Shown here piece by piece: positions 8,471 through 18,094 of a DNA stretch of 55,368 nucleotides. The DNA is from Candidatus Micrarchaeota archaeon (GTDB lineage Archaea > Iainarchaeota > Iainarchaeia > JAADDC01), in the NCBI GenBank assembly GCA_027046625.1, contig JALTXX010000008.1, positions 1-55,368 on the forward strand, read 5' to 3'. The position numbers and the translations under genes were made by a program. The notes under the pieces were generated by a model. The model was not told the DNA's origin, did no database searches, and was given only the letters and a program-made list of their open reading frames with translations. Each line of letters begins with the position of its first letter. Position 1 is the first letter of the stretch.

Positions 8471-8545
8471 TGGGCCCGCGGGGATTCGAACCCCGGTCAC
8501 GGGCTCCCAAAGCCCGCATGCTAGGCCAGGCTACACCACGGGCCC
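8471..8545 (-). tRNA. tRNA-Pro(TGG)
   Basis: GGGCCCG acceptor, CGGGC-TT-TGG-GA-GCCCG, GGTTCGAATCC. Confidence 0.96.
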
Positions 8546-8610
8546 AAACTGTGTTATTATTACTTCCGTTTTTACACAGCCCTTTAAATATTATCGGACA
8601 CCCTTGATAT

Positions 8611-9240
8611 GTGGTACCAAGAGAAATGAGCGCAGAAGGTGTGCATGAAAAAGTATCGGATCTGGTTAAACGTTACGTTAGGAAAGGATCTCATATATTG
8701 GATATTGCAGCAGGAGAAGGTGCGTTGACATATAAATTAGTAAAAATGGGATATAACGTGGTTCCTGCAGATATTAATATAGAGCAGTACAAGCTATCAC
8801 AGCCTAAACCGCTTAAAATAGACGCCAATAAAAGCTTACCCTTCAAGGATGGCAGTTTTGATGCGGTTATTAGTGTAGAAACCATAGAGCATTTGGAAAA
8901 CGGGTATGGTTTCTTGAGAGAGGCTAACAGAGTTTTAAAACAAGGGGGTTACTTAATACTGACCACACCCAACACCTTTTCAGTAGTAAGTAGAATACTC
9001 TACGTCATTAGAGGAAGACCATGGGGATTTAGTAGACGTAGCTATAAGAATATAGGGCATATAAATGTTGTAAATATCCCCCTTTTAAAGTGGTGGTTGG
9101 AGGATAATGGTTTTTCTCATGTAATAACTACCGCAAACTGCATATATCTACCCCCATTTTGCATAGGTGTTAATGTTGAGGGTAGTCTGGCAGAATTTTT
9201 GGGTCAAGTAATTATCATGGTGTTTAAAAAGGTTGGTTAG
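8611..9240 (+). CDS. Class I SAM-dependent methyltransferase (type 11)
   Basis: ILDIAAGEG, LPFKDGSFD, IEHL, RVLKQGG, TTPN. Confidence 0.9.
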   Translation: MVPREMSAEGVHEKVSDLVKRYVRKGSHILDIAAGEGALTYKLVKMGYNVVPADINIEQYKLSQPKPLKIDANKSLPFKDGSFDAVISVETIEHLENGYGFLREANRVLKQGGYLILTTPNTFSVVSRILYVIRGRPWGFSRRSYKNIGHINVVNIPLLKWWLEDNGFSHVITTANCIYLPPFCIGVNVEGSLAEFLGQVIIMVFKKVG

Positions 9241-9324
9241 CGCCGGGGAGGGGATTCGAACCCCTGCGGGGTTGCCCCCACCGGTTCTCCAGACCGGCGC
9301 CTTGGACCGCTCGGCCACCCCGGC
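9241..9324 (-). tRNA. tRNA-Ser(GGA)
   Basis: CCGGT-CT-GGA-GA-ACCGG, long variable arm, G discriminator. Confidence 0.96.
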
Positions 9325-9365
9325 ACGCTTCATTTTTACACAAAATATGTTTTAAGGGAATGGTG

Positions 9366-9557
9366 TTATCTTAGCCTGTAGAGAGGGAATTTACCCATAG
9401 CAGAAAGAACAACCCAGAGGGATATGAGCAACAATATCACACCAGTTATTATGGTTTCCAAACTCCAAGCTGCCTGATTCCATAACAATACAAAAACCAG
9501 AGCTGCTATTAAAACTGTTATAATGGCGGTTGGAACGGATGCGTAGACCTCCTTCAT
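9366..9557 (-). CDS. Small two-TM membrane protein
   Basis: 63 aa from ATG 9557 (MKEVYASV), two hydrophobic helices. Confidence 0.65.
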   Translation of the reverse strand: MKEVYASVPTAIITVLIAALVFVLLWNQAAWSLETIITGVILLLISLWVVLSAMGKFPLYRLR

Positions 9558-9591
9558 GCTTTTATTTTGGTATCCGTGGTATATAAATGTA

Positions 9592-10281
9592 ATGCAGGGA
9601 TATGATCCGATAGAGCTTGCAAGAACAACAGAAAACGTAGTATGCAAAGGGCTGGAGAGAAAATACTATAGATTTAGATACACAAGGTTCTATGGAGGAT
9701 CTGCCGCCGCAGATGTGGTGGGATGCAATTTGAGGTGTGCGTACTGCTGGAGCTGGAAATACATTACTCAACCACAACAATACGGCAGCTTCTATCCACC
9801 CCAAGAGGTGGCAAAAAGACTAAATAGTATGGGAAGAATTACAAGAATCACAGGGGGAGAGCCAACTATCTGTTTTGAGCACCTCCTAGAAGTAATAAAG
9901 AGGATAAAAGGCATCTTTATCCTTGAAACAAACGGTATACTTCTTGATGATGAAAAGGTAGAAAAACTTTCACACTTTAAAAACCTCTTCGTGAGGGTAT
10001 CCCTCAAAGGAGTGGATGAAAAGACTTTCAATTCTGTAACTGGAGCGGATGGAAAATTTTTCCACCACCAGATTAACGCTCTAAAACTGCTGTATGAGTA
10101 CGGTGTAAGAGCTCGGCCAGCCATACTTTTTAATCTATTTACAAGAGATCAGCTGGCCGAGCTCCAGAAAAGGCTGCTAGATATATGGGATGGATATGTG
10201 TTGGAGTTCGAACCCTTTGTAAATTATGGAGGTGCGTTGAAACGATTGGAAGAAAGGAGATTGCAGCTGCTGTGGCAGTAA
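9592..10281 (+). CDS. Uncharacterised archaeal radical SAM protein (COG5014-like)
   Basis: RKYYRFR, YGG..AADVVGCNLRCAYCW, TGGEPT, ETNG; probable start ATG 9592. Confidence 0.9.
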   Translation: MQGYDPIELARTTENVVCKGLERKYYRFRYTRFYGGSAAADVVGCNLRCAYCWSWKYITQPQQYGSFYPPQEVAKRLNSMGRITRITGGEPTICFEHLLEVIKRIKGIFILETNGILLDDEKVEKLSHFKNLFVRVSLKGVDEKTFNSVTGADGKFFHHQINALKLLYEYGVRARPAILFNLFTRDQLAELQKRLLDIWDGYVLEFEPFVNYGGALKRLEERRLQLLWQ

Positions 10282-10739
10282 TTGTAATATTGTTGGTGGT
10301 AAACCGATACAGTATTAGTGTATACTATGTGGAGGATTACTGTAGGGATGTAAAGAGTGTTATTGATGGTGCAAAGGAGTACATTGATGTAGCTCTCTAC
10401 CTTATGAGGTACAAGGACCCTGGAGAATGCCCAGAAGTGCTTGTAGAGTCGTTGGCAGAGGCAAAGCTAAGGGGAGTGAGGGTAACCGTGTTCCTCTATG
10501 ATGATAACTATAACAAAGGGGCTATAGAGTTTCTGAAAAGGTTTGAAGTGAATGTTATTGTGGTGAAAGATGCATTTCTTCATGCAAAAACCCTTAGAAC
10601 GGAGGGCTGTTTTGTGGTAGGTTCCCATAACTGGACAAGGAATGCTATGAAGAAGAATGTGGAAGCTTCTGTAATAGTATGCGGCAGTGATGTAATGAGG
10701 CCCTTCTGGGAGAAGGTTTATAGCCTAGAAAGGGGTTAG
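10185..10739 (+). CDS. Phospholipase D-like (single HKD) nuclease/phosphodiesterase with N-terminal anchor
   Basis: HAKTLRTE...VGSHNWT..A...N.E; start uncertain. Confidence 0.85.
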   Translation: MGWICVGVRTLCKLWRCVETIGRKEIAAAVAVIVILLVVNRYSISVYYVEDYCRDVKSVIDGAKEYIDVALYLMRYKDPGECPEVLVESLAEAKLRGVRVTVFLYDDNYNKGAIEFLKRFEVNVIVVKDAFLHAKTLRTEGCFVVGSHNWTRNAMKKNVEASVIVCGSDVMRPFWEKVYSLERG

Positions 10740-10745
10740 TATAGC

Positions 10746-13001
10746 GTGAGAGGATTTAATCTATATGCTGCGTTGGTTGGCAGTCTTATGGTGGTAATAG
10801 CGGCTGCCTACGTAGCTTTTCTTCTCTCTCAAGAGGGAAAGAGAGTAGATATATTAATTGAGATGGATAAGAGGAGCAAATTTATACCAATTACAGATAT
10901 TATGAGGGAGCAAAGCTTCACTATGACATCTGCAGCGTTCAGAAGCGCCATTCAGAGATTATTATCGGTGTATGTGATGGATCTACCAGAGAATGAGAGT
11001 GAGATAGAAAATATGTTTAGGAGGGAGGACGCTTCGTTACTGCTTGCACAGTATCTCTATGGTTACCTGAGAAGCTACCGCTTTATACGGCTTGAGAACA
11101 TTAGAATAGAACTGGAACCAAACATAAAAGATCTGCAAAAAATTGTAAACAATCTTAACGTAAAGGTTCTGAATGGGGGTATAGTGCTTGTGTATGACCC
11201 GTCAAAGTTTAGAGAAAATGTGCCGTCTGCTATGGTGTGCCAGGGGGATATGTGCAGGGAGGTGCCCATCTTTCCCGATGAAAGGGTGGAGGTACTTGTT
11301 CCCCTTAGGTTGAAGAAAGCTATGATGATTGCAAAAGATGTAAAAAAGAAAATGATAAGTGGTGACATAAAGGTTGATGACGTGCTTGTGAAGGTAGGAT
11401 TTTGTGAAGATTACTCGGTATGCGGCATTTTTAGTTGGGATGGAAGAATGCTATATCCACTCTCTGATAAGGATGTGGAGAAGGTGAGAAAAGGGATAGA
11501 GCTGCCTATGGAGGTTGGAGAGAATGATATTCCAGCCTATGAGCCCTTGGGGTTTTACGGGGGAGGGTGCTACAACATGGGAATCTACCTTGGTGGAAAA
11601 TATTATGGGTGCGCAGATCCTACGAATTTGTGGTATATGTTGGGGTGGTACACAGAAACAGCTAGTATAAATCTTTGTTATGATGAGGATGGAAAGATGA
11701 TAGATGGAACCGATCAGGAAGATTGTGTATTTGAGGTAAGAATATTGCCCGACTTTGAAAGGTATAAGGAGTTTAAGAAAGGAGTTATCATATATGAAAA
11801 TACCATTAGCTTAGGCTCTCTATTGGATAGCGCCATAGGAGGGTTTTTGTCCTTCCTGTTTGGGGTGGAAAGAACGGGTGTGGTGAGGATTCCAGGATCC
11901 GAATGTAAGGTAATGGGAGTAGCTACGTGTGTTGCGCCGGAAAAGAAAAGTGTAATAATAGTGGTTAAAGACAGGGATGAGCGGTTCAAAACCCTCCTAA
12001 CGGAACCGATTTTCAAGTTCAGAGTGGTACTTGATGAGACTCCTCCTGAGAGGGAATGGGGAGGTAGTGTGGATAAGGTTATAAGGATGATAGAGGAGGG
12101 AGCAACCTGTGATAAGGTGAAGGGGTATTTAGATGATATCTGTTCAAGAAAGGTAGAGCAAATAAACGAATTCTGGTCATCGATAGATGGTTGGACAAGA
12201 ATAGACAGTGAGAGAGAACTCTGGGAGAAAATAAATGAAGTAGTGAGTGTGGAGTTGTTGAATATCATAGGTGAGAGTCCAGATATTGGTGCATGCACTT
12301 ACGCGCCAGATACGCAACAATTTAATGAATGCGCGGCAAAGGAGAAGTTAAAGGCGCTGCAAGGGTGGTACGAGGAGAGATGTGCGAATGGGGAGGGGGA
12401 TGAACTGTGCGGAAAGGTTGGAAGGATAATAAATGCTTATTATAACACAAATATGCTGCTAAACAGTTGCAAAAATAAGGATAATATATGTGATAAAGAA
12501 GGGCGTTTTGTCCTGTCAGGGCTTTTTTCTGGCGGGGAAAGAGAGAAACAGATAAAATATAACATTCTTGGATGTATGGCAAGCGTGTATGAAATTATAA
12601 AGGATTATTATACTCCTACAAGCACTTATTCGTATACTAACGAAATAAGCTTGTCTTTCTGGAAGTCTCTCATATGTAAGTTTGTGGATAATTGTAAGGC
12701 AGATGGTGATAGCACCCTTATAAAGTTTGATAATCTAGAGGAAGAGGATAAAAAGATGGTAGAAACAGTTCTGTCATTTTTGCAGAAAGGAGAAATTTCC
12801 TCACTTGACGAGGAAAAACAAAAACAGCTAAAGGAAACACTAGAATCTTCTACTTGTGCTAATCCAGAGGAAGGGATTAAGGTAGACATTGGGTGTATGG
12901 TAGTGGATACTCTAAATATTCCAGTGTATAGGTCTACATTTAACTACAATCTATTTGATAGACTAACGTTAGGGTGTTATTTTAAAGGAGGAAGCAACTA
13001 A
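10746..13001 (+). CDS. Large Cys-rich surface protein with class III (pilin-type) signal peptide
   Basis: N-terminus MRG|FNLYAALVGSLMVVIAAAYV; many cysteines. Confidence 0.75.
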   Translation: MRGFNLYAALVGSLMVVIAAAYVAFLLSQEGKRVDILIEMDKRSKFIPITDIMREQSFTMTSAAFRSAIQRLLSVYVMDLPENESEIENMFRREDASLLLAQYLYGYLRSYRFIRLENIRIELEPNIKDLQKIVNNLNVKVLNGGIVLVYDPSKFRENVPSAMVCQGDMCREVPIFPDERVEVLVPLRLKKAMMIAKDVKKKMISGDIKVDDVLVKVGFCEDYSVCGIFSWDGRMLYPLSDKDVEKVRKGIELPMEVGENDIPAYEPLGFYGGGCYNMGIYLGGKYYGCADPTNLWYMLGWYTETASINLCYDEDGKMIDGTDQEDCVFEVRILPDFERYKEFKKGVIIYENTISLGSLLDSAIGGFLSFLFGVERTGVVRIPGSECKVMGVATCVAPEKKSVIIVVKDRDERFKTLLTEPIFKFRVVLDETPPEREWGGSVDKVIRMIEEGATCDKVKGYLDDICSRKVEQINEFWSSIDGWTRIDSERELWEKINEVVSVELLNIIGESPDIGACTYAPDTQQFNECAAKEKLKALQGWYEERCANGEGDELCGKVGRIINAYYNTNMLLNSCKNKDNICDKEGRFVLSGLFSGGEREKQIKYNILGCMASVYEIIKDYYTPTSTYSYTNEISLSFWKSLICKFVDNCKADGDSTLIKFDNLEEEDKKMVETVLSFLQKGEISSLDEEKQKQLKETLESSTCANPEEGIKVDIGCMVVDTLNIPVYRSTFNYNLFDRLTLGCYFKGGSN

Positions 13002-13011
13002 GTTTATGTAG

Positions 13012-14148
13012 ATGACAGCATTACAGAGGGCTCTTCTCCTTCTTTTGGTACTTATCTTTTTGGGGTGGCTTCTGTTTCTTGGAGAAAGGGAAGAAGGTGG
13101 CGGTAAAATAGGGGCAGTAAACGAACGGTTGGAGCTTATAGGTTATTTTAATAATATAGAAGAGGAGATAAATGGAAGAATGTTGGTGGGAGTGTTAGAA
13201 AACGGATACTATGTGTACGTCTCTCAGCCACAGAGAATAAGGGTGGTTGACAGGCTGACAGGAAAGGATGCAAACATCCCCTTCAAGATATATGCAACCT
13301 ATAAAGGAAAAAGGATAGAGCTGCTAAAACCATACACCTGGAAGGATTGGATACTTCATATAAGAACGCCCTATGAGATCATCGAGAGTAATGTGCCCCT
13401 TGTGGGGGTGTATACGGGGTGGTACGTAGGCAAGTATTATGAACTAAATGAGGGTTGTATATTGATGAAAAGATGGGAGGATATAAACGTTCCTCTGCTT
13501 CTCTCTCCAGGTTATGGAGATCCAGATGGGAATATCGTGTGTAAGGAGGGGTGTGAAGATCCAGCTATAATAGAGTTTAATGGGGTAGGATGGGTATCTA
13601 TAGGAGATCTACGAGGATTTAGCTACTTTGAGAGAGCAGAGGGAAGAGTTGAAGTGTGTGGATGTAAGAGGGTAAAGATATACGTGGATGGTTATAGGCC
13701 ATGGGTAGGAGAGGTGTGCAACGGGGATAGGATAAAGCTAAACCTTGTATCTTTACAGGAGAAGGAATACCTAAAAGGCAATTACGTATTCTTGGACAGT
13801 ACAGGCGCCCTAACCTCTATAGGTGATTTTACCGCACCACCAGGCAATTACAGAGTATTTAGACCTTTTCCTCTTATGGAGGTTAACAAGTCATTGAAAA
13901 TGGTAGAAATAAACGGATGGGTAGGCTATAAATTTGTTAATATGGCACCCTTATATACAATCTTCTGGAACAGGGGATATTTCTATACGATAGGCAATGG
14001 TTATATACCGGTGGAGGGATTTATATGCAAGGATGGAGTGTGCCGCTCTGTGGGGAAGGGAATCCCCGTCCTTGCAATGGGAAACTGCACCATCTACTGG
14101 GATGGTAGCATTAATACCCAATGCCCCGCCCTGGAGGTAGAACCATGA
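13012..14148 (+). CDS. Membrane-anchored extracellular protein
   Basis: N-terminal TM; beta-rich, Cys-containing remainder. Confidence 0.75.
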   Translation: MTALQRALLLLLVLIFLGWLLFLGEREEGGGKIGAVNERLELIGYFNNIEEEINGRMLVGVLENGYYVYVSQPQRIRVVDRLTGKDANIPFKIYATYKGKRIELLKPYTWKDWILHIRTPYEIIESNVPLVGVYTGWYVGKYYELNEGCILMKRWEDINVPLLLSPGYGDPDGNIVCKEGCEDPAIIEFNGVGWVSIGDLRGFSYFERAEGRVEVCGCKRVKIYVDGYRPWVGEVCNGDRIKLNLVSLQEKEYLKGNYVFLDSTGALTSIGDFTAPPGNYRVFRPFPLMEVNKSLKMVEINGWVGYKFVNMAPLYTIFWNRGYFYTIGNGYIPVEGFICKDGVCRSVGKGIPVLAMGNCTIYWDGSINTQCPALEVEP

Positions 14149-14441
14149 TCGGGGATCTGCTAATGCTGCTAAAGCTCTTTGTATTCTTCCTCTTTGTGCA
14201 GTGGTTGTTAGGTAAGGTAACAAACAAGGCAGTGTTTGTTATGCTAATGTTGCTAGTGGGCTATTATATATTCTTTGAGCAGTGGTCTATCCTTGGAACG
14301 TTGATGGTGCTCTTTCTTGTATTCCTTGTGGGTGGGTTGGGAAGCTTTATGCAGGATATCATATTTCAGTACACAACTGTTCCTGGGGCAGAGGAACGAG
14401 AGATCCCTGCTATGTATCCTCCCTACATGATAAGGAGGTGA
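14145..14441 (+). CDS. Small membrane protein (paralogue 1)
   Basis: SD GGAGGT, ATGA overlap with upstream stop; 3 TM; YPPY tail. Confidence 0.75.
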   Translation: MIGDLLMLLKLFVFFLFVQWLLGKVTNKAVFVMLMLLVGYYIFFEQWSILGTLMVLFLVFLVGGLGSFMQDIIFQYTTVPGAEEREIPAMYPPYMIRR

Positions 14442-14447
14442 GAAAGG

Positions 14448-14762
14448 GTGTTGTTCATCTGGGCTGGTATGCTCATTCTTCTAGCAGCTCTACCCTTTAT
14501 CTTGATGGGAGTTATTCCAGAAATAAAGCTACTAATAGGTCTCCTGATACTGTTTTCCATATATTCCTTCTTTAGACAGTTTTTTGGAGACGGTATAATA
14601 ACCCTTATACTAACAGGGGCCGCCGGCTACTACCTTTTGTTCAAAAACTTCTGGATTACGACGGGAATCTGGTGGTTATACCTTCTCATGGGAACTATGG
14701 CCTTCTCTGCCTTGGGCTGGACAGTAATAACCATAATGCAGCTCTTCCGCAGGAGAGGGTAA
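14448..14762 (+). CDS. Small membrane protein (paralogue 2)
   Basis: SD GGAGGTGA; hydrophobic; GYYLLFK motif. Confidence 0.75.
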   Translation: MLFIWAGMLILLAALPFILMGVIPEIKLLIGLLILFSIYSFFRQFFGDGIITLILTGAAGYYLLFKNFWITTGIWWLYLLMGTMAFSALGWTVITIMQLFRRRG

Positions 14763-14796
14763 GAGTTAATAATGCCCAATATCATCTTAGTGTTGT

Positions 14797-15249
14797 ATGG
14801 ATACGAAGCAGCTCCTCTTCATACTCTTCACAGCCTTCATATTCTTCTACATAACCAGCCAAATCAGCATCGAGTTTGCAGCAGCTAAAGATGATTTACG
14901 CCTTGCACTTACAGCTATTATGTTTGCATGGATACTAAACTGGATGAGAAGTTTACTTGGATCTCCAAGGCTGGCACTGCTTTTTGCACTTCTTATTTCC
15001 TATCTTGTATTCTTCAAACACCCCAACATATTATTTGCAGTATTTGGTATGATGATCCTTGTATACTTCATAAAACCATTCCTTGGAAAAGCATTGGATA
15101 CGGGTAAACCAAAAGAAGCCAAACTAATGGACTTTTGGAAAGAAGTATTTAAGGAGGCTAAGCCTACCATCCAGATAACGCCCATGTATTGGCCCTACTA
15201 TCCTCCTCCCCCACCTTCTGAATCCAGCTCTGGAGGTGATAAGAAGTGA
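14797..15249 (+). CDS. Small membrane protein (paralogue 3)
   Basis: Hydrophobic; ISYLVFFK motif; Pro/Tyr-rich tail. Confidence 0.75.
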   Translation: MDTKQLLFILFTAFIFFYITSQISIEFAAAKDDLRLALTAIMFAWILNWMRSLLGSPRLALLFALLISYLVFFKHPNILFAVFGMMILVYFIKPFLGKALDTGKPKEAKLMDFWKEVFKEAKPTIQITPMYWPYYPPPPPSESSSGGDKK

Positions 15250-15548
15250 ATGATGTTATTATAGCTATCCTCCTTTTTGCAACAGTAATAGCTCTCCAGT
15301 ACAATGCATGGGTAATGGCAGGAGCTCTGCTAATAGCAGCCCTACTCATAGGAAAGAAAAAGTTGCACATCTTTGGAGGTGGAGCTGTAATACTTCTTCT
15401 TAAGCTCTTTGAGGTACCATCGTGGGAGGTATTATCTCTTGTGGTGATAGCTATCCTTTTTAGCCTCATAAAGGAGGATGAACCTAAACCACAACAGGAA
15501 GGATATTTACCATACTATATGGGGGGTGTTCCGCCTGAGGGGTATTGA
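15246..15548 (+). CDS. Small membrane protein
   Basis: SD GGAGGTGA, GTGA overlap; hydrophobic; tail YLPYYMGGVPPEGY. Confidence 0.75.
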   Translation: MNDVIIAILLFATVIALQYNAWVMAGALLIAALLIGKKKLHIFGGGAVILLLKLFEVPSWEVLSLVVIAILFSLIKEDEPKPQQEGYLPYYMGGVPPEGY

Positions 15549-16119
15549 GATACTTATAGTGGTATTGGGGACGATTCTACTTGCATCAGCAGGCTATCTT
15601 GTGCCAGCATTCCTTGTAGGATTGTTTGGAGTTATGCTGCTCCTTACAAGGGATATAAGCGGATTTTCTGGGGTGGATGTACCTCCAGCCGGTGGCTACC
15701 CAAAGTTTGATGAGTGGAAGAACCTCTTGAAGGATGCGGCGGAGTTCTTGGGAGGACAAACGTCTTCACTCCTCCATACAGAGGTGCCAGTGAGTAGATG
15801 GAGCGACTTTGTGGCGGAGAAAATCTATGAGGTCAAATCTGATGGTAAGGAGATTATCCCGCCACCCTGGATGGGCCTTGTAGCCAAGAAAGGTTATGGT
15901 AAGGATATGACGGAACACTCCATAAAAAGAGCCAAGAAGGATGTAGTTCTCAGTGAAATAGAGCAGCTAAATAAGTTATCTGAGGTGCTGTTGAAGGTTT
16001 ACAAAGAATCTGATGAAAAAACTAGGAAAGAGGTTAAGGAAGTAATGAAAAAGCTTTCAGAGAAGCAGAAAAAGCTGTTAGAAGAGCTAAAAGAAGAGGA
16101 AAAAGATAAAAAGGATTAG
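15526..16119 (+). CDS. Membrane protein with C-terminal coiled coil
   Basis: N-terminal TM hairpin, charged helical tail; probable GTG start 15526. Confidence 0.7.
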   Translation: MFRLRGIEILIVVLGTILLASAGYLVPAFLVGLFGVMLLLTRDISGFSGVDVPPAGGYPKFDEWKNLLKDAAEFLGGQTSSLLHTEVPVSRWSDFVAEKIYEVKSDGKEIIPPPWMGLVAKKGYGKDMTEHSIKRAKKDVVLSEIEQLNKLSEVLLKVYKESDEKTRKEVKEVMKKLSEKQKKLLEELKEEEKDKKD

Positions 16120-16586
16120 CGACCTTTAGTTTTCTCGTAGAGATCAAGAAGTATACTCCTTTCGGTGTTTAGAATCTCCCTTAGCAACTTTTGTATAGCT
16201 CTTAGCTGAGCTTTTATCTCTGTAATGTCATCTGCCATGGATGATAGTTTTGCACGCATTTCTTCTACGTCTGAAAGTTTTTCTGCGTGTGCCTCTATTT
16301 TGCTAACAGACTGCTTTATTTCATTGAGTTTTACCTCTGTAGGGATGGTGGATGTTTCCACCACCTCCGGAACTTCTGGTGGCTCCTCTGGCACGGAAGG
16401 TTTTGGTACCTCCTCAGGGGATGGTATCTCTACGTCTTTCTCCTTCTCTTCTTCTCCTCCAAGAAGCTGTTCAACCATAGATGATTCTACATTCATGTCT
16501 AGCAACGCCTTTTTTATCTCCTCCTCAGATACACCCTGGCTTCTAAATTCCTTCACAAGGGTTTTCAGCTCGTCAATGCTGGGCAC
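16116..16586 (-). CDS. Hypothetical protein (small helical domain, Pro/Glu linker, coiled coil)
   Basis: FRSQGVSEEEIKKAL; probable GTG start 16586. Confidence 0.75.
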   Translation of the reverse strand: MPSIDELKTLVKEFRSQGVSEEEIKKALLDMNVESSMVEQLLGGEEEKEKDVEIPSPEEVPKPSVPEEPPEVPEVVETSTIPTEVKLNEIKQSVSKIEAHAEKLSDVEEMRAKLSSMADDITEIKAQLRAIQKLLREILNTERSILLDLYEKTKGR

Positions 16587-16618
16587 ATTATAAAATGTAA
16601 CCCGCCTTATTTTAAGCA

Positions 16619-18094
16619 ATGGGGCTCATTAAACTACCCCACGGCCCATGGAAGTCACTACTAATAGGTAAGTACGAAGATAGGGATGTGAGCATCTACC
16701 AGAATCCTCACAGGGACATACTGTATGTGGTTGTGGATAGGGACCAATCAGGAGTTGCCAAAGGTTTAGTGGTAACTGTTTATAGGGCATTCTATATAGA
16801 AAATGGGGATGCTAGAAGAATGATAGAACATTTGAGTGGTATGCCTGTTGCTGTAGTAAAGAAATGGAAGGGAGATACATTTCAGTTTTTCCTTATACCT
16901 GCAGGCATTAAGTATATTAGTCCCGAACCAGAGGAGTTAAAGAAGGTAGTAGACGAGATGGTTATTTCCCTTGATAGGATAGAGAGAAATGTTGTAATGC
17001 TTGGAAGAACCCTAGGCATGCAGGTAAAACCTCTTGCCATGGTAAACAAGAGTGTTGCAGCTATCTTGTTCGTGGAACCTACGGTAATAGCCGGATTGTC
17101 TCCCATAAAACCCTCCGAAAAGAAAGAGGGTGTTATGATACTTGGTAGAATGAGAACCGGAGCCTTAGCATCTGAATCACCCATAAACCTAAGGAGAACC
17201 GTAATATATGGCAACGATGTAGGGAGGAAGCATATGTTTGTAGTTAGTATAGAGGAGTTTCTGCGCAATGGTATAAACGTGCTGCTTGTTACAAGGGAAC
17301 CCAAAAAATATGAAGGTTTTAGAGCTGCTAGCGAAGATAAGGAGCTTTTGGCACCCTACGGACTTCAACCGACAGGTTTTTCCCTTGAAGTGTTAGAGTG
17401 GAAGGTAGATCTTGGTGTCACACCTCCGGGAGCAGTAGTATACACAGGAGGTATAAGGGAGGGCACCCAAACTTTTAACAAGGCAGTAGATATACTAAAA
17501 AAGCTAAAACCTGACAACCTTCTTTCCCTAGATACAGAAGAAGGGGATGTTATATCGCGAAGAGCAGTAAGAAGTCTTAGATCCATAGGAAGAAAAGGTA
17601 ATTACTTTGATAAGGTTGGATTTGGCAAGTTTGTGTCCCTTTCTTCAACAGGCCTCGGAGGATTGTATATAATACGTGTAGAAAACCCATGGAACTATCT
17701 GTCTCTTCTATCCTATGTTTCGGGGATAGGGACATACCTTGAGAGAAAAGGGAAAACAGAGTATGTAAGGGTTATGGTAGCGGTAGAAGACGCATGGAGG
17801 ATACTTCCAAAGGAAGGGAACTACCTTACTAAAACACTGGTAACCCTTCTGGAAAGGTTCAAGGATCACGGTATGGGTTGGGTATTAGAAACAGATAGGG
17901 ATACGAACCTTGATGGAATGATCCTGGCACTCACGGAGACAAAGCTGGGAGCTATAGGAGAAAATGATGTAGGTGTCAGAATACTAACGAAGAGACCCTA
18001 TAGGATGGATATCAGACCCTTCATTACAGGGGTTAGATTACCTTCAGCTCCCTTAGCTTCCGCTCCACAAGCTCCCCCACTTGATCGTAAGTAA
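16619..18094 (+). CDS. Degenerate HerA/FtsK-like ATPase
   Basis: RRTVIYGNDVGRK at the Walker A position, VSIEEFL..GINVLL, Walker-B-like VAVEDAWR, C-terminal RP. Confidence 0.6.
   Translation: MGLIKLPHGPWKSLLIGKYEDRDVSIYQNPHRDILYVVVDRDQSGVAKGLVVTVYRAFYIENGDARRMIEHLSGMPVAVVKKWKGDTFQFFLIPAGIKYISPEPEELKKVVDEMVISLDRIERNVVMLGRTLGMQVKPLAMVNKSVAAILFVEPTVIAGLSPIKPSEKKEGVMILGRMRTGALASESPINLRRTVIYGNDVGRKHMFVVSIEEFLRNGINVLLVTREPKKYEGFRAASEDKELLAPYGLQPTGFSLEVLEWKVDLGVTPPGAVVYTGGIREGTQTFNKAVDILKKLKPDNLLSLDTEEGDVISRRAVRSLRSIGRKGNYFDKVGFGKFVSLSSTGLGGLYIIRVENPWNYLSLLSYVSGIGTYLERKGKTEYVRVMVAVEDAWRILPKEGNYLTKTLVTLLERFKDHGMGWVLETDRDTNLDGMILALTETKLGAIGENDVGVRILTKRPYRMDIRPFITGVRLPSAPLASAPQAPPLDRK

Noticed and set aside
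8291-8648. Short ORFs over tRNA-Pro (and 9148..9333 over tRNA-Ser)
   Set aside because: Chance frames over GC-rich tRNA genes
9592-10281. Other radical SAM genes (also 22075-23088) as RiPP maturases
   Set aside because: No SPASM domain and no adjacent precursor; they match widespread families
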